This document shows, in pieces, positions 21,851-31,827 of a DNA stretch of 60,053 nt (position 1 is the first letter of the stretch; every line of letters starts with the position of its first letter). The stretch is from an uncultured Gammaproteobacteria bacterium (lineage in GTDB: Bacteria > Pseudomonadota > Gammaproteobacteria > Francisellales > CACEW01). A program made the position numbers and the translations under genes. Location of the stretch: positions 1 through 60,053 of the forward strand of contig CACEWE010000005.1 in the NCBI GenBank assembly GCA_902563055.1, given 5' to 3'. The notes beneath the pieces were generated by a model that worked only from the letters and a program-made list of their open reading frames with translations, did no database searches and was not told the DNA's origin.

Positions 21851-22261
21851 TTAAAATAAGCTTCCTAACGGATGCCAAGTTAAGTATAAATCCAAATCCA
21901 AGCCAACACGCTTATCCATGCCAGCAGCAAGTATACTTTTATCTTTTTGAATAAAGAAGTCTAAAGTTTTGCCATTTTTTGATAATAAGATTTTCTTATG
22001 ATTATGTTGATCCTGCTCCCAATAGCTTATAAGCCCAAAACGGGTATAGAAATAACGACTTTGAACACTAAAGCTCTCTGATGCACCAGCATCAACACAA
22101 TGAGCACTATTTTTCCCTTTTAAGCAAAAAGACGCCGCACTTTGATTCACTACAGTTACTTTAACCATACCATCAGGTGTATTTCCAGAGCCATAGCAAC
22201 ACCCTAAGAGCCAAGAGACTAAAAATATGCATAACAGTGTATACTTCTTTATAAAATTCAT
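21851..22261 (-). CDS. Putative lipoprotein
   Basis: GGAGG RBS; signal peptide with a lipobox-like LLGC. Confidence 0.7.
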   Translation of the reverse strand: MNFIKKYTLLCIFLVSWLLGCCYGSGNTPDGMVKVTVVNQSAASFCLKGKNSAHCVDAGASESFSVQSRYFYTRFGLISYWEQDQHNHKKILLSKNGKTLDFFIQKDKSILAAGMDKRVGLDLDLYLTWHPLGSLF

Positions 22262-22295
22262 TTATCCTCCCCCGATAATAAATTTTCTTTTTGTT

Positions 22296-22326
22296 TTAAG
22301 TATAGTTCAAAATACCCATGTATCAA
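22296..22326 (-). promoter_or_regulatory. Shared sigmaS-like promoter, copy a
   Basis: TTGATA-N15-C-TATACT-TAA. Confidence 0.6.
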
Positions 22327-22662
22327 AAAATACACTAAATATTAAATTTCGTCAACTGGTACTATTATAATAATCTTTTTATAACAAAAACTAAAAATAT
22401 TGAAATGACAATATAATTTTTCGAAAAGATAAAAAAAATAACAAACACCAATTAAATTTTTTTTTTTACAAAAAAGGTGCTTCTTTTATGAAGTTGTTAT
22501 AATTAAAAAAGAACGCCTTGTAAAAAAACCACCAAGAAAATAACTTAATTTTTTAAAAAAACACAACATTAATTGCTTGCATTATTTAAATATTGCATTA
22601 TAATAGTATATTATTAGTAAATATATAATAATGATGCAATATATAAACAAGGGTGATTAAAA

Positions 22663-23388
22663 ATGTATAAAGCTTTAATATTAGTCCAAACCACACAGAT
22701 GATACAAAATAATACAATGCAATATAAATATAAGGGAGATCTTCAGACAGCATTGTTAGATGACCTCAGGTCAAATTTAGATCTAGGACTTAGTAGTGAT
22801 ATTTATCAGATAAAGAATACATTAGCTGAACCCAAACATTCTAAGTTAAAACAAAAATTAGAACAAGAACTACAGGTGTTATTAAAGAATTATATTATGA
22901 ACTGGGATATACCACGCCTCTTGGATCCTCAATCATATCAAAAAGAAATTGATGATATGTACCATGAACTTAAAGGAGCTACACTTTTTTTTCTAGGGAT
23001 AGAAGTACACTATGACACACAACTAGAGGCTTTGGCTAAATTTCAAAAACCAGAATTCACGAAGGATAAAGATAAAAGTGATAAACTAGATAAAAAAAGA
23101 CAACGCTTGGAACTCAGGAAAAATAAAGCCCTAGAAGATGAGAAGAGAATGCAAGAAGAGGCTATAAATACGCCATTTCAAATAATAATGCAATGCAATT
23201 ACGAGCCAGCAAGAGAATCACATCAAGAACTTACAGAAGAACAAGCTTCTAAACCAGAAAGTGCAAGGGAGCATCCACGCCATGCACATGTAGTAAGGGC
23301 GGAACTAAAGCATAGTACTGATGGAGATATAGAGCTCACGAGCTTAAATGTAGGCAATTTTCAAGCTTCTGTTGAGTGCAGTATTTAA
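22663..23388 (+). CDS. Orphan charged/coiled-coil protein
   Basis: 241-aa ORF, AAGGGTG RBS, E/K-rich helical segment. Confidence 0.65.
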   Translation: MYKALILVQTTQMIQNNTMQYKYKGDLQTALLDDLRSNLDLGLSSDIYQIKNTLAEPKHSKLKQKLEQELQVLLKNYIMNWDIPRLLDPQSYQKEIDDMYHELKGATLFFLGIEVHYDTQLEALAKFQKPEFTKDKDKSDKLDKKRQRLELRKNKALEDEKRMQEEAINTPFQIIMQCNYEPARESHQELTEEQASKPESAREHPRHAHVVRAELKHSTDGDIELTSLNVGNFQASVECSI

Positions 23389-23582
23389 AGAATTGATAGC
23401 AAATTTAACTACGCTCAAAAATAACAGTTTCTCGAAAGGAAACTCGCATTATAGCTCTCATTTTGAAGCTTTAACGGCCCATGCATGTAGTTTGCAACAG
23501 CCCCACCACTGAAGCCTACCATATCATTTTTATGCTAATACCATGTCAATAAAAAGGAAAAATTTAGCATATAGGAATCTCC

Positions 23583-24605
23583 CTAACACACAAAACGATC
23601 TGCTTTGTAGAGCAAACTAGAGGCTTGGGAAAAAAGCTTTTGCTTGAGCCCTGCTTTTTGCTCAAAACGCACTTGATATAAATCAAGCTGCTGTTTTTGG
23701 TATAACTCTAAAAGATAGGCATCTGAGGTCTGTAAGGCATCAACCAAACCAAGTTCTATCGCAGAGGATGCCAGCCAATGCTCTCCTGTAGCCACTTCAT
23801 CCATCACCAAGCTTGGACGGTAATGCTGCACATGCTTTTTAAAGAGCTGATGAATAACCTCAATTTCCTTGCTAAACTTCTTACGCCCTTCTGGGGTATT
23901 TTTACCAAAAACGGTTAAAGTACGTTTATAGTCTCCTGCGGTAATTTGCTCAAAATCCACATGATGCTCCTTAAGCCAACGATGCAAATTCGGCAATTGC
24001 GCCACCACGCCAATGGACCCAATAATGGCAAACGGTGCAGCAAGAATTTTATCGGCAATCACTGCCATTAAATATCCACCACTGGCAGCAACCTTATCAA
24101 CAATCACGGTTAAATGTATGCCTTTATCTTTAATACGTGCCAATTGCGCAGCAGCCAAGCCATAACTATGCACCACACCTCCAGGACTTTCCAATAGCAC
24201 CACAACTTCATCTTTTTTATCTGCAATATGTAATATACCATCGACCTCTGCACGTAAGGCATCCAGCGCTGAAGCTTGCATATCACCCTTAAATTCTATT
24301 ACAAAAACCCGCTTAGCATGACTACCCTTTGCCGCCTTAACACCCTTTTTGTTTTCTTTACTTTGTTTTTTTAATTGTTTCTTTAAAGCTTTTAAAGCTT
24401 CTTTGTCTAAAACTTCCTCGGCCATTAATAAATGACGCTCCTGGTAATGCTCATATAAAGAACGAATATGTAACTGACCTTCTTTTGCCTTGATTTTATT
24501 TTTTAGTGCTATTGCCATTAGCCCGGCAAAGGTAATGATTATGGCAAGCACCAACGTAAAGGTTTCAACAAAAAACAAACCATAATCGGCAAAAAAGTCA
24601 CTCAT
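23583..24605 (-). CDS. sohB: S49 family protease SohB
   Basis: LESPGGVVHSYGLAAAQL, VDKVAASGGYLMA, APFAIIGSIGVVAQLPN. Confidence 0.95.
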   Translation of the reverse strand: MSDFFADYGLFFVETFTLVLAIIITFAGLMAIALKNKIKAKEGQLHIRSLYEHYQERHLLMAEEVLDKEALKALKKQLKKQSKENKKGVKAAKGSHAKRVFVIEFKGDMQASALDALRAEVDGILHIADKKDEVVVLLESPGGVVHSYGLAAAQLARIKDKGIHLTVIVDKVAASGGYLMAVIADKILAAPFAIIGSIGVVAQLPNLHRWLKEHHVDFEQITAGDYKRTLTVFGKNTPEGRKKFSKEIEVIHQLFKKHVQHYRPSLVMDEVATGEHWLASSAIELGLVDALQTSDAYLLELYQKQQLDLYQVRFEQKAGLKQKLFSQASSLLYKADRFVC

Positions 24606-24615
24606 TTTCTCTCTC

Positions 24616-25755
24616 CTAATCTAAGGTACTACGATAACCACCAACGCAAATGGCAAGTACCACTATGAAAATTACTAAAATAGGCCATATCTGAGGCCAA
24701 ACTTGCAGCAAGGTATTGCCTTTTAACATAATGCCGCGGGTAATACGGGTATAATAGGTTAAGGGCAAAACACTTCCAATATGCTGCGCCCATTTGGGCA
24801 TGCCATAAAAGGGAAACATAAATCCAGAAAGTAATATCGATGGCAAAAAGTACACAATGGTCATTTGCATTGCCTGCAGCTGGGTTTTAGCATACGTAGA
24901 AATGGTTAAGCCCACACATAAATTGGCTGCAATAAAAGGCAAGGTTGCAAGTAGCAGCAAGATCAGGGAACCTAAGAAGGGAATCTTAAATATCCATGCT
25001 GAAAAAGCTAAAATAATAGAAATTTGTATATAACCAATTAATATATACGGCACAATTTTACCAAGCATCACCTCAACCCCAGAGACCGGCATCGACATTA
25101 AGGTCTCTACCGTCCCACGCTCATACTCACGCGTGATTGCTTGGGCTGTAATCATGACCAAAGTCATGGTTAAAACCATTCCCATAAGACCTGGAACAAT
25201 TGCAAACCGGGTAATACTCTCAGGGTTATACTGCGCATGCACCACAACTTTAAATGGTGAATCAGAAGGCGCTAAATATTGCAAACCATCTTTATACAAA
25301 TCGTTAAAAGCCACATATTGTAAATTCTCCAGCGCACTTATAGCCTTTCCCGTAGTAGATGGGTCACTGGCATCAGCAGAAACTAAAATTTCAGGCTTTT
25401 GACCACGAATTAATTTACGCTCAAAATTTGGCTCAAACTGCACCGCAAAAGACGCCTTGCTTTCTGCGATCATCTCTTGTGCCTTGGAATTGGAAACATG
25501 GGCATCAACCACGTTAAAGTAATCCGTGTTTTCCATGGCTCTAATAAACTGCCTTGTAAACACAGAAGGCTGGGATTCAACCACGACTGTTTTTAGATTT
25601 CTAGGGTTAAGGTTAATGGCATAACCAAATAAAACCAGCTGCATTAGTGGCAGCATGATGATCATGACCAAGGTACCCTTATCTCGAAACATTTGCCTAA
25701 ATTCTTTGATCAACATCGCCGTAAGACGCGTGAGAGAAAAATAGCGTGCTACCAT
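24616..25755 (-). CDS. ABC-2 permease (YbhS/YbhR-like)
   Basis: KEFRQMFRD, LFGYAIN, VPGLMG, REYERGT.E, PSILLSGFMFP. Confidence 0.92.
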   Translation of the reverse strand: MVARYFSLTRLTAMLIKEFRQMFRDKGTLVMIIMLPLMQLVLFGYAINLNPRNLKTVVVESQPSVFTRQFIRAMENTDYFNVVDAHVSNSKAQEMIAESKASFAVQFEPNFERKLIRGQKPEILVSADASDPSTTGKAISALENLQYVAFNDLYKDGLQYLAPSDSPFKVVVHAQYNPESITRFAIVPGLMGMVLTMTLVMITAQAITREYERGTVETLMSMPVSGVEVMLGKIVPYILIGYIQISIILAFSAWIFKIPFLGSLILLLLATLPFIAANLCVGLTISTYAKTQLQAMQMTIVYFLPSILLSGFMFPFYGMPKWAQHIGSVLPLTYYTRITRGIMLKGNTLLQVWPQIWPILVIFIVVLAICVGGYRSTLD

Positions 25756-26681
25756 GTTTTTTGCTCCTTATTCTTACTCATAAGGTAAATAAACACATCT
25801 TCTAAAGTGGTTGCTATTTTCTCAAATTGATAGGGGCCATCACTATATTGAGAGACAGCTTTATCTAATGCCGCTTCATCTAAAGCACAAAGATGTAAGC
25901 TGGTTCCAAAAGCAGAAACCTGCTCAACTGCAGGGTCTTGTTGGAGCTTTTTATCCAGAGCAAACAAATCGCCGCCTTTTGCTTGATAGGTACACAAACC
26001 GCTTTCCTCTATGATACTATCTGCCGTGCCATAGGTAATAAGATGACCGTAAGCAACATATGCTAAGCGATGGCATCGATCAGCCTCATCCATATAATGG
26101 GTGCTAACAAGCGTTGTAATGCCGCGTGCTGCTAATTGGTGAATTTGATCCCAAAAGTCCCGCCGCGCACTCGGATCCACCCCTGCAGTTGGCTCATCTA
26201 ATAGTAAAAGCTTTGGGCTATGAACTAGTGCTGCACCAAGGGCCAAACGTTGTTTCCAACCGCCAGATAATGAGCCTGCCAATTGTTTATCACGCCAAGA
26301 GAATTCTAATTCCTCTATCACATCATTCACAATTTTTTTGCGATTTTCAACTTGATACAAACGTGCCACAAAATCAATGTTCTCACGCACCGTCAGGTCT
26401 TCATAGTAACTAAACTTCTGGGTCATATACCCAATTTGCTTATGGATAGCTTTCGCTTCTTTGACAATATCTTTTCCTAAACAACGACCCTGACCACCAT
26501 CAGGCGTTAATAAGCCACAAATCATACGCATGGTCGTCGTTTTACCACTACCATTGGGCCCAAGAAAACCAAAAACCTCGCCTTTTTTAATTTGCAAAGA
26601 GACTTGATCAACCGCAACTTTCTCACCAAACTTCTTTACCAGGTCTTGAACATCAATAACCCATTCATCATTTATGTGCAT
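25749..26681 (-). CDS. ABC ATPase (YbhF-like)
   Basis: GPNGSGKTT, LSGGWKQR, LLDEPTAGVD. Confidence 0.95.
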   Translation of the reverse strand: MHINDEWVIDVQDLVKKFGEKVAVDQVSLQIKKGEVFGFLGPNGSGKTTTMRMICGLLTPDGGQGRCLGKDIVKEAKAIHKQIGYMTQKFSYYEDLTVRENIDFVARLYQVENRKKIVNDVIEELEFSWRDKQLAGSLSGGWKQRLALGAALVHSPKLLLLDEPTAGVDPSARRDFWDQIHQLAARGITTLVSTHYMDEADRCHRLAYVAYGHLITYGTADSIIEESGLCTYQAKGGDLFALDKKLQQDPAVEQVSAFGTSLHLCALDEAALDKAVSQYSDGPYQFEKIATTLEDVFIYLMSKNKEQKTW

Positions 26682-26686
26682 AGACC

Positions 26687-27637
26687 CTAAGCCCCCAAAC
26701 TCACATCAACAATTTGACCTGGGTGCAGAACATATTGTGCGTTATCTAAGCGAGCCTCAATGCGATAGACGAGTTTTTGTCTACTGGCCACAGAATATAT
26801 AACCGGCGGAGTATATTCAGCCTGAGGTGCAATAAAGCTAATTTTTGCCTTTAATGGTGCTTGACTACCATCTAGGTGCAAAGTGACCTCTTGCTGATAT
26901 TTTAATTGACTTAAATCCGCCTCTGGCACAAAAAACAGAACTTTAATGTTTTCCTTCGCCAAAATAGATACAATTGGCTGGTATGCACCTAGCCACTCGC
27001 CCTGGGTATAAAACCGATTATCCACCAAGCCTGCCACCGGCGCTTTAATATGCGTTTGTTGATAGGACCAATTGGCTTTAGAGACACTTGCGCTACTTTG
27101 TGCTACTTGGGCCTTTGCTGCAGCAATTTGCTGGGCTCTAGCGGGTAATTTAGCCACTTCTACTTGTGCCAAAGCTGCATGATAAGCCGCTAAGGCTGCA
27201 TTGGCATTTGAAACGGCCTGATCGACGCTATTTTGGTCCGTGCTTTTGCTTTCTAAAAGCCGATTGAAACGTTGCATTTCTACCCTAGCGTAATCTAGTT
27301 TTGCTTGGGCTTCTTTTACATTAGCATCTAAGGCTTTAATTTTAGGCTCACGTTCACCAGAGAGTAAATCCTCAAGTGTTGCCTGACTTTGCTCTAAAGC
27401 TGCTTTTGCTATGTTTAGATCATCCAACAAGGGTTCTTGATCTAAAATAGCAAGGGTTTGATCTTTTTTAACCGCATCCCCCTTGTGCACCATCAGTTTT
27501 TCAAGCTTACCGGAAACGGGCGCGCTGACATAGGTACTATCACCCTCCACATAGCCATTAAAATGGGGACTTTTTTTACCACATCCAAATAATAAGAAAC
27601 ACAATGAAAGAATGCAAATAGCGAAAAGTTTTTTCAT
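26687..27637 (-). CDS. HlyD-family adaptor (YbhG-like)
   Basis: Lipobox LFGC, NGYVEGD, FIAPQAEYTPPVIYS...KLVYRIEA. Confidence 0.9.
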   Translation of the reverse strand: MKKLFAICILSLCFLLFGCGKKSPHFNGYVEGDSTYVSAPVSGKLEKLMVHKGDAVKKDQTLAILDQEPLLDDLNIAKAALEQSQATLEDLLSGEREPKIKALDANVKEAQAKLDYARVEMQRFNRLLESKSTDQNSVDQAVSNANAALAAYHAALAQVEVAKLPARAQQIAAAKAQVAQSSASVSKANWSYQQTHIKAPVAGLVDNRFYTQGEWLGAYQPIVSILAKENIKVLFFVPEADLSQLKYQQEVTLHLDGSQAPLKAKISFIAPQAEYTPPVIYSVASRQKLVYRIEARLDNAQYVLHPGQIVDVSLGA

Positions 27638-27762
27638 GGAAAATACCATAAGTTCATTTGAGCGCAACTATAGCATTTTTAATACTATGGGGCAAGCAAA
27701 CAACAAAAGCAAAACTATGTAAAATACTTTGATAGCTTGGACTAAAAGCTACCAGATAATGC

Positions 27763-28323
27763 TTAGTCTATGATACCGTCGTTATTATCATCCACATCCG
27801 TAAAATCTGGCACCCCATCTTGATCACTATCAGTGGTATCTCTTTGTCCAATATCTATTGAATCTGGTATGCCATCTTGGTCATGATCTTTATATATATG
27901 CGCGATGATCTCCATATGCCCACCATTGTTTCCTGAGTTATTATTATCATCTAAATCATGACTATCAACGATCAAATCATTATCATCATCAAAGTCTTCA
28001 TAATCTTTAATGCCGTCATTATCATCATCTAGATCAAATGCATCTAATATCCCATCGTTATCATCATCTGGATCTAAATGATCAGGTATACCGTCATTAT
28101 CATCGTCATAGTCGTGGCTATCTGGCTGAAAATCATTATCATCATCTAAGTCCCTGGCATCACCATGGGTGCTTTTTGATATATGGCTTATTTCGGGCAA
28201 GCTTACTGCTTGATGCATATTTTCCTGCACAAGTGTCGCGCCATATGCATATGCACTTGAAGATAAAAGCAATATACCTTTGATAATTATGCCCCTCATT
28301 GTTTGATGATCCTTCTCTTTCAT
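27763..28323 (-). CDS. Exported Asp-rich protein A with 13-aa TSP3-like repeats
   Basis: Signal peptide (AYA); DxDDDNDGIxDxx tandem units; alternative start 28299. Confidence 0.8.
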   Translation of the reverse strand: MKEKDHQTMRGIIIKGILLLSSSAYAYGATLVQENMHQAVSLPEISHISKSTHGDARDLDDDNDFQPDSHDYDDDNDGIPDHLDPDDDNDGILDAFDLDDDNDGIKDYEDFDDDNDLIVDSHDLDDNNNSGNNGGHMEIIAHIYKDHDQDGIPDSIDIGQRDTTDSDQDGVPDFTDVDDNNDGIID

Positions 28324-28339
28324 AAAACTTCTGGTATAG

Positions 28340-28370
28340 ATAATGGTAGTTTATTTTTTGATAAGTTCAA
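28340..28370 (-). promoter_or_regulatory. Shared sigmaS-like promoter, copy b
   Basis: TTGAAC-N15-C-TACCAT-TAT. Confidence 0.5.
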
Positions 28371-28381
28371 AAAAAATAAAT

Positions 28382-28410
28382 AAAAAAAAGCGCCTTTAAC
28401 AGCGCTTTTT
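28382..28410 (-). terminator. Rho-independent terminator after Asp-rich protein B
   Basis: AAAAAGCGC-loop-GCGCTTTTT with a T-tract on both strands. Confidence 0.75.
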
Positions 28411-28443
28411 AAGTTTAGTTAAATAAATATGATTTAATGATGA

Positions 28444-29190
28444 TTATTCATGTTCGTTTAATAGTCCATCACCATCACTATCAGCATCCTCGTCATCCAA
28501 GATACCATCATTGTCATCATCAACATCTACATCATCTGCAACACCATCACCATCAGAGTCTGGTTTACCATCTACTTTGGTGACAACCCGATCTTTTATA
28601 CCATCATTGTCATCATCAGAATCAGCATCATCTGGCACACCATCATTGTCATCATCAGAATCAATAAGATCTGGCACACCATCATCATCAGAATCTTTGA
28701 CTAATGCTGCCCTTTTATCATCTTCATCAACTGAATCTCTTTTGCCATCATTATCACTGTCTTTGTATAGACCAGCAATAGGCTTGGTATGATCACCATT
28801 ATCACCTGAATCATTATCATGATCACGATCAGAAGAATCAGCAATAAGATCATTATCGTCATCATTATCCACATTATCATCCACGCCATCGTTATCATCA
28901 TCTGTATCCAATGCATCTGGGATACCGTCATTATCATCATCGATGTCTAATTCATCTGGTATACCATCGTTATCATCATCGAGATCCAATGCATCTGGCT
29001 CACCATCGTTATCATTATCTAAATCATTAGAATCAGCGTGTTCATTACCCTCTTCATCATATTGATTAAGTTGATGACTTGCTACTAGATGATCACTGTT
29101 ACTTTCTTCCTCTGCTAAGCTTGTTTGAAGTCCTCCTAAGCCAAGGCCTAAAGCCCCAACTAAAGCAACATATAGAATTGATTTTTTCAT
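28444..29190 (-). CDS. Exported Asp-rich protein B with 13-aa TSP3-like repeats
   Basis: AAGGAG RBS, signal peptide MKKSILY...SLA, three blocks of DxDxDGxxD repeats. Confidence 0.85.
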   Translation of the reverse strand: MKKSILYVALVGALGLGLGGLQTSLAEEESNSDHLVASHQLNQYDEEGNEHADSNDLDNDNDGEPDALDLDDDNDGIPDELDIDDDNDGIPDALDTDDDNDGVDDNVDNDDDNDLIADSSDRDHDNDSGDNGDHTKPIAGLYKDSDNDGKRDSVDEDDKRAALVKDSDDDGVPDLIDSDDDNDGVPDDADSDDDNDGIKDRVVTKVDGKPDSDGDGVADDVDVDDDNDGILDDEDADSDGDGLLNEHE

Positions 29191-29263
29191 TTCTTTTTCT
29201 CCTTTTTATTGTAATAAAAATATTTTTATATGGCTTGATGCATACATAACATCAAACTCACCG

Positions 29264-29294
29264 CTAAGTGTAGATTATAAATTAACATTATCAA
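29264..29294 (-). promoter_or_regulatory. Shared sigmaS-like promoter, copy c
   Basis: TTGATA-N15-C-TACACT-TAG. Confidence 0.6.
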
Positions 29295-29396
29295 ATTTTA
29301 TTTTAAAATTTTTTTATATTTCTTTATATTTAAAATAAAATCAAGTACTTACAATAAAACAATATTTAAAAGCAATGATGAAAATGTGCTATAAAA

Positions 29397-30062
29397 TCAA
29401 CGATCATCTATACCATCATTATCAAAATCATTATCAAGTATATCTATAATACCATCATTATCATGATCATTATCAAAGAAATTAGAAATGCCATCATTAT
29501 CTGCATCAAAATCTATAAAATTTATAATACCATCGTTATCATCATCTAGATCAAACGCATTTGTAATACCATCATTATCTGCATCATTATCATAAATATT
29601 AGGAATTAAATCATTATCCCAGTCTTGATCTAAGCCCATAGTGTCTGGATAGGCAAACATCTGTGAATCTTTGCTAAGCCAATGTGTTTGATGATTAGCT
29701 GTTTCAATCTGTACCGCATTATTATCATCACCTGAGGTTAAATGGGTATGCTGAGAAACCTTAGTACTTTTTGGTGGTTCGGATTTAGATGACTCAACCA
29801 ATAGCACATCACTGGCATCTTCGCTATGGAATGAATCCGTTTTAACCGGCATATTATTAGAAGGCAATCCTACTTTAGTTAACTCAAGCGGCATCAAATC
29901 ATGGGGGTCATTTCTTGTTAAATCACTGCTTTTTACAGAACTAGCATCTAGAGATACCTGCGTTTTAGATAAACTGTGTGACAAACTAAGGACACTGATA
30001 TACCCATAGATGACACTACTACTAAACCATATATACCCTAGAAAAATAATCAGCCTGCTCAT
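29397..30062 (-). CDS. Membrane-anchored/exported Asp-rich protein C
   Basis: N-terminal hydrophobic segment from MSRLIIF, Ser-rich linker, six C-terminal 13-aa DxDxDNDGI units. Confidence 0.8.
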   Translation of the reverse strand: MSRLIIFLGYIWFSSSVIYGYISVLSLSHSLSKTQVSLDASSVKSSDLTRNDPHDLMPLELTKVGLPSNNMPVKTDSFHSEDASDVLLVESSKSEPPKSTKVSQHTHLTSGDDNNAVQIETANHQTHWLSKDSQMFAYPDTMGLDQDWDNDLIPNIYDNDADNDGITNAFDLDDDNDGIINFIDFDADNDGISNFFDNDHDNDGIIDILDNDFDNDGIDDR

Positions 30063-30084
30063 AGCTACTCTTTTAAGATTTACC

Positions 30085-30094
30085 TTAAGTGTAG
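30085..30094 (-). promoter_or_regulatory. sigmaS-like -10 element
   Basis: CTACACTTAA, 22 bp upstream of the protein C start; no matching -35. Confidence 0.5.
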
Positions 30095-30137
30095 ACCATG
30101 CACAGCCCAATCGTTAAAATTAAGAGAAATAATATAA

Positions 30138-30602
30138 CTATGACTTTTTATTCAGACGCTTTTTAGCAAAAAACTGTTGTAAAAGCGCACGGGATTCATC
30201 CCCCATAGGCCCACAGTCCACGCTTATTTTATGGTTAAGAAAATTCAAACTTGGCACTTTTAATTGTGAAGTCACTACCCCAGCCTTAGGCTCCGGTGTT
30301 GCATAAACTAAGCGTTTAATACGTGCATGCACCATAGCACCATAACACATCATGCACGGCTCTAAGCTAACATAGAGTGTAGTATCAACAAGACGATAGT
30401 TTTGAAGTTGCTCAGATGCTTTGCGCATGACTTGTACTTCAGCATGCGCACTTGGATCATGCAGCGAAATCACCTGATTGTAGGCACTGGCTAAAAGCAC
30501 ACCATTTTTATCTACCAATACAGCCCCAACAGGCACTTCATCTTGATCATAAGCAAGCTGCGCTTGATCCAGCGCAAGACGCATGTATGATAGATCATCC
30601 AC
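30138..30602 (-). CDS. tadA: tRNA adenosine(34) deaminase
   Basis: EVPVGAV, HDPSAHAE, LEPCMMC, ARIKRLVY. Confidence 0.95.
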   Translation of the reverse strand: MDDLSYMRLALDQAQLAYDQDEVPVGAVLVDKNGVLLASAYNQVISLHDPSAHAEVQVMRKASEQLQNYRLVDTTLYVSLEPCMMCYGAMVHARIKRLVYATPEPKAGVVTSQLKVPSLNFLNHKISVDCGPMGDESRALLQQFFAKKRLNKKS

Positions 30603-31816
30603 TAGATTTGCAGCATCATGCGGGAAGGATCTTCTAAAAGCTCTTTAATCATCTTCAAGAAGCTCACCGAGTCTTTACCATCAATAATGCGATGGTCGTA
30701 AGAAAGCGCAAGATACATAATAGGTCGAATCACTATTTCACCATCCACCACGACCGGACGCTTGACAATATTGTGCATACCTAAAATACCACTTTGCGGT
30801 GGATTAATAATCGGCGTAGAAAGCATAGAACCAAAGGTACCACCATTAGTAATCGTAAAAGTCCCCCCTTGCATATCCTCAAGCTTTAAAGTGCCCTCTT
30901 TAGCTGCAATCGCATATTCTCGAATAGATTTTTCCACTTCTGCCATCGAAAGCTGATCAGCATCTCTAACCACCGGAACAACCAAACCTTTTGGTGAGGA
31001 AACGGCAATAGAGATATCAAAGAAACCATGATAGACAATATCATCGCCATCAATAGAGGCATTCACATTAGGAAAAGCTTTTAAGGCCTCTACCACCGCA
31101 TGCACAAAGAACGACATAAAACCTAATTTTACGCCAAACTTCTCCATAAAGGCGTCTTTGTGGTCTGCGCGTAACTGCATAACCTGATGCATATCCACTT
31201 CGTTAAACGTAGTTAAAATAGCATTTTGATGCTGTACATCCAATAGGCGCTTGGCAACTGTTTTACGCATTCTGGTCATGCGTACCCGTTGTTGTTCACG
31301 ACCATCACTAGAAAAATCTGTTTGAGAAGATGCTGTTTTTGCTTCAGGCTTAGAGGAAGCCTGCTTTGCAACAAAAGCTTCAATATCTTCAGCTACAATA
31401 CGCCCATCCTTTCCTGACCCTTTTACAGTAGCAGCATCAATTTGGTGCTCTTTAAGCAATCGACGCACTGAAGGAGAAAGCTCTGCAGCGGCCGATGTTG
31501 ATTCTTGAGAAACCGCGGCCTTCGTTGCTTGTGCTGGCGTTTCTTCCTGTTTTGGAGCAGATGCTTGAGCGCCAGATTCACCCTGCGCCTTAAATAAGCC
31601 AATGACTTCTTCACTACTAACCACGTCACCTTCATTTTTTAAGATCTTATCTAAAACACCACTTTGATCAGCTGGAACCTCCATGGTCACCTTATCGGTC
31701 TCAATTTCAACCAATGTTTCACCTTCCTCAAAAGAATCACCTTCTTGCTTTAACCAGGAGGCAACTTCGCCCTCGGTAATAGACTCTGGAAAACTTGGGG
31801 TTTTAATTTCACTCAT
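30602..31816 (-). CDS. sucB: 2-oxoglutarate dehydrogenase E2
   Basis: Lipoyl ETDKVT, E3-binding domain, SYDHRIIDG. Confidence 0.97.
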   Translation of the reverse strand: MSEIKTPSFPESITEGEVASWLKQEGDSFEEGETLVEIETDKVTMEVPADQSGVLDKILKNEGDVVSSEEVIGLFKAQGESGAQASAPKQEETPAQATKAAVSQESTSAAAELSPSVRRLLKEHQIDAATVKGSGKDGRIVAEDIEAFVAKQASSKPEAKTASSQTDFSSDGREQQRVRMTRMRKTVAKRLLDVQHQNAILTTFNEVDMHQVMQLRADHKDAFMEKFGVKLGFMSFFVHAVVEALKAFPNVNASIDGDDIVYHGFFDISIAVSSPKGLVVPVVRDADQLSMAEVEKSIREYAIAAKEGTLKLEDMQGGTFTITNGGTFGSMLSTPIINPPQSGILGMHNIVKRPVVVDGEIVIRPIMYLALSYDHRIIDGKDSVSFLKMIKELLEDPSRMMLQI

Positions 31817-31827
31817 AATATGGTCCT

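Noticed and set aside
23374-23388. Possible C-terminal CaaX prenylation motif on the 241-aa orphan (...VECSI)
   Set aside because: The Cys is third from the end, not fourth, so it is not CaaX
23415-23570. Short minus-strand ORF MVGFSGGAVANY... with a GxSxG motif and a nearby TTGACA
   Set aside because: Only 35 aa with an in-frame stop upstream; a 5-residue motif is not enough to call a hydrolase relic
27763-29640. Periodic atcatc-rich DNA as a CRISPR array or satellite
   Set aside because: The 39-bp period is degenerate at codon positions and fully explained by the coding Asp repeats; there are no unique spacers or cas genes
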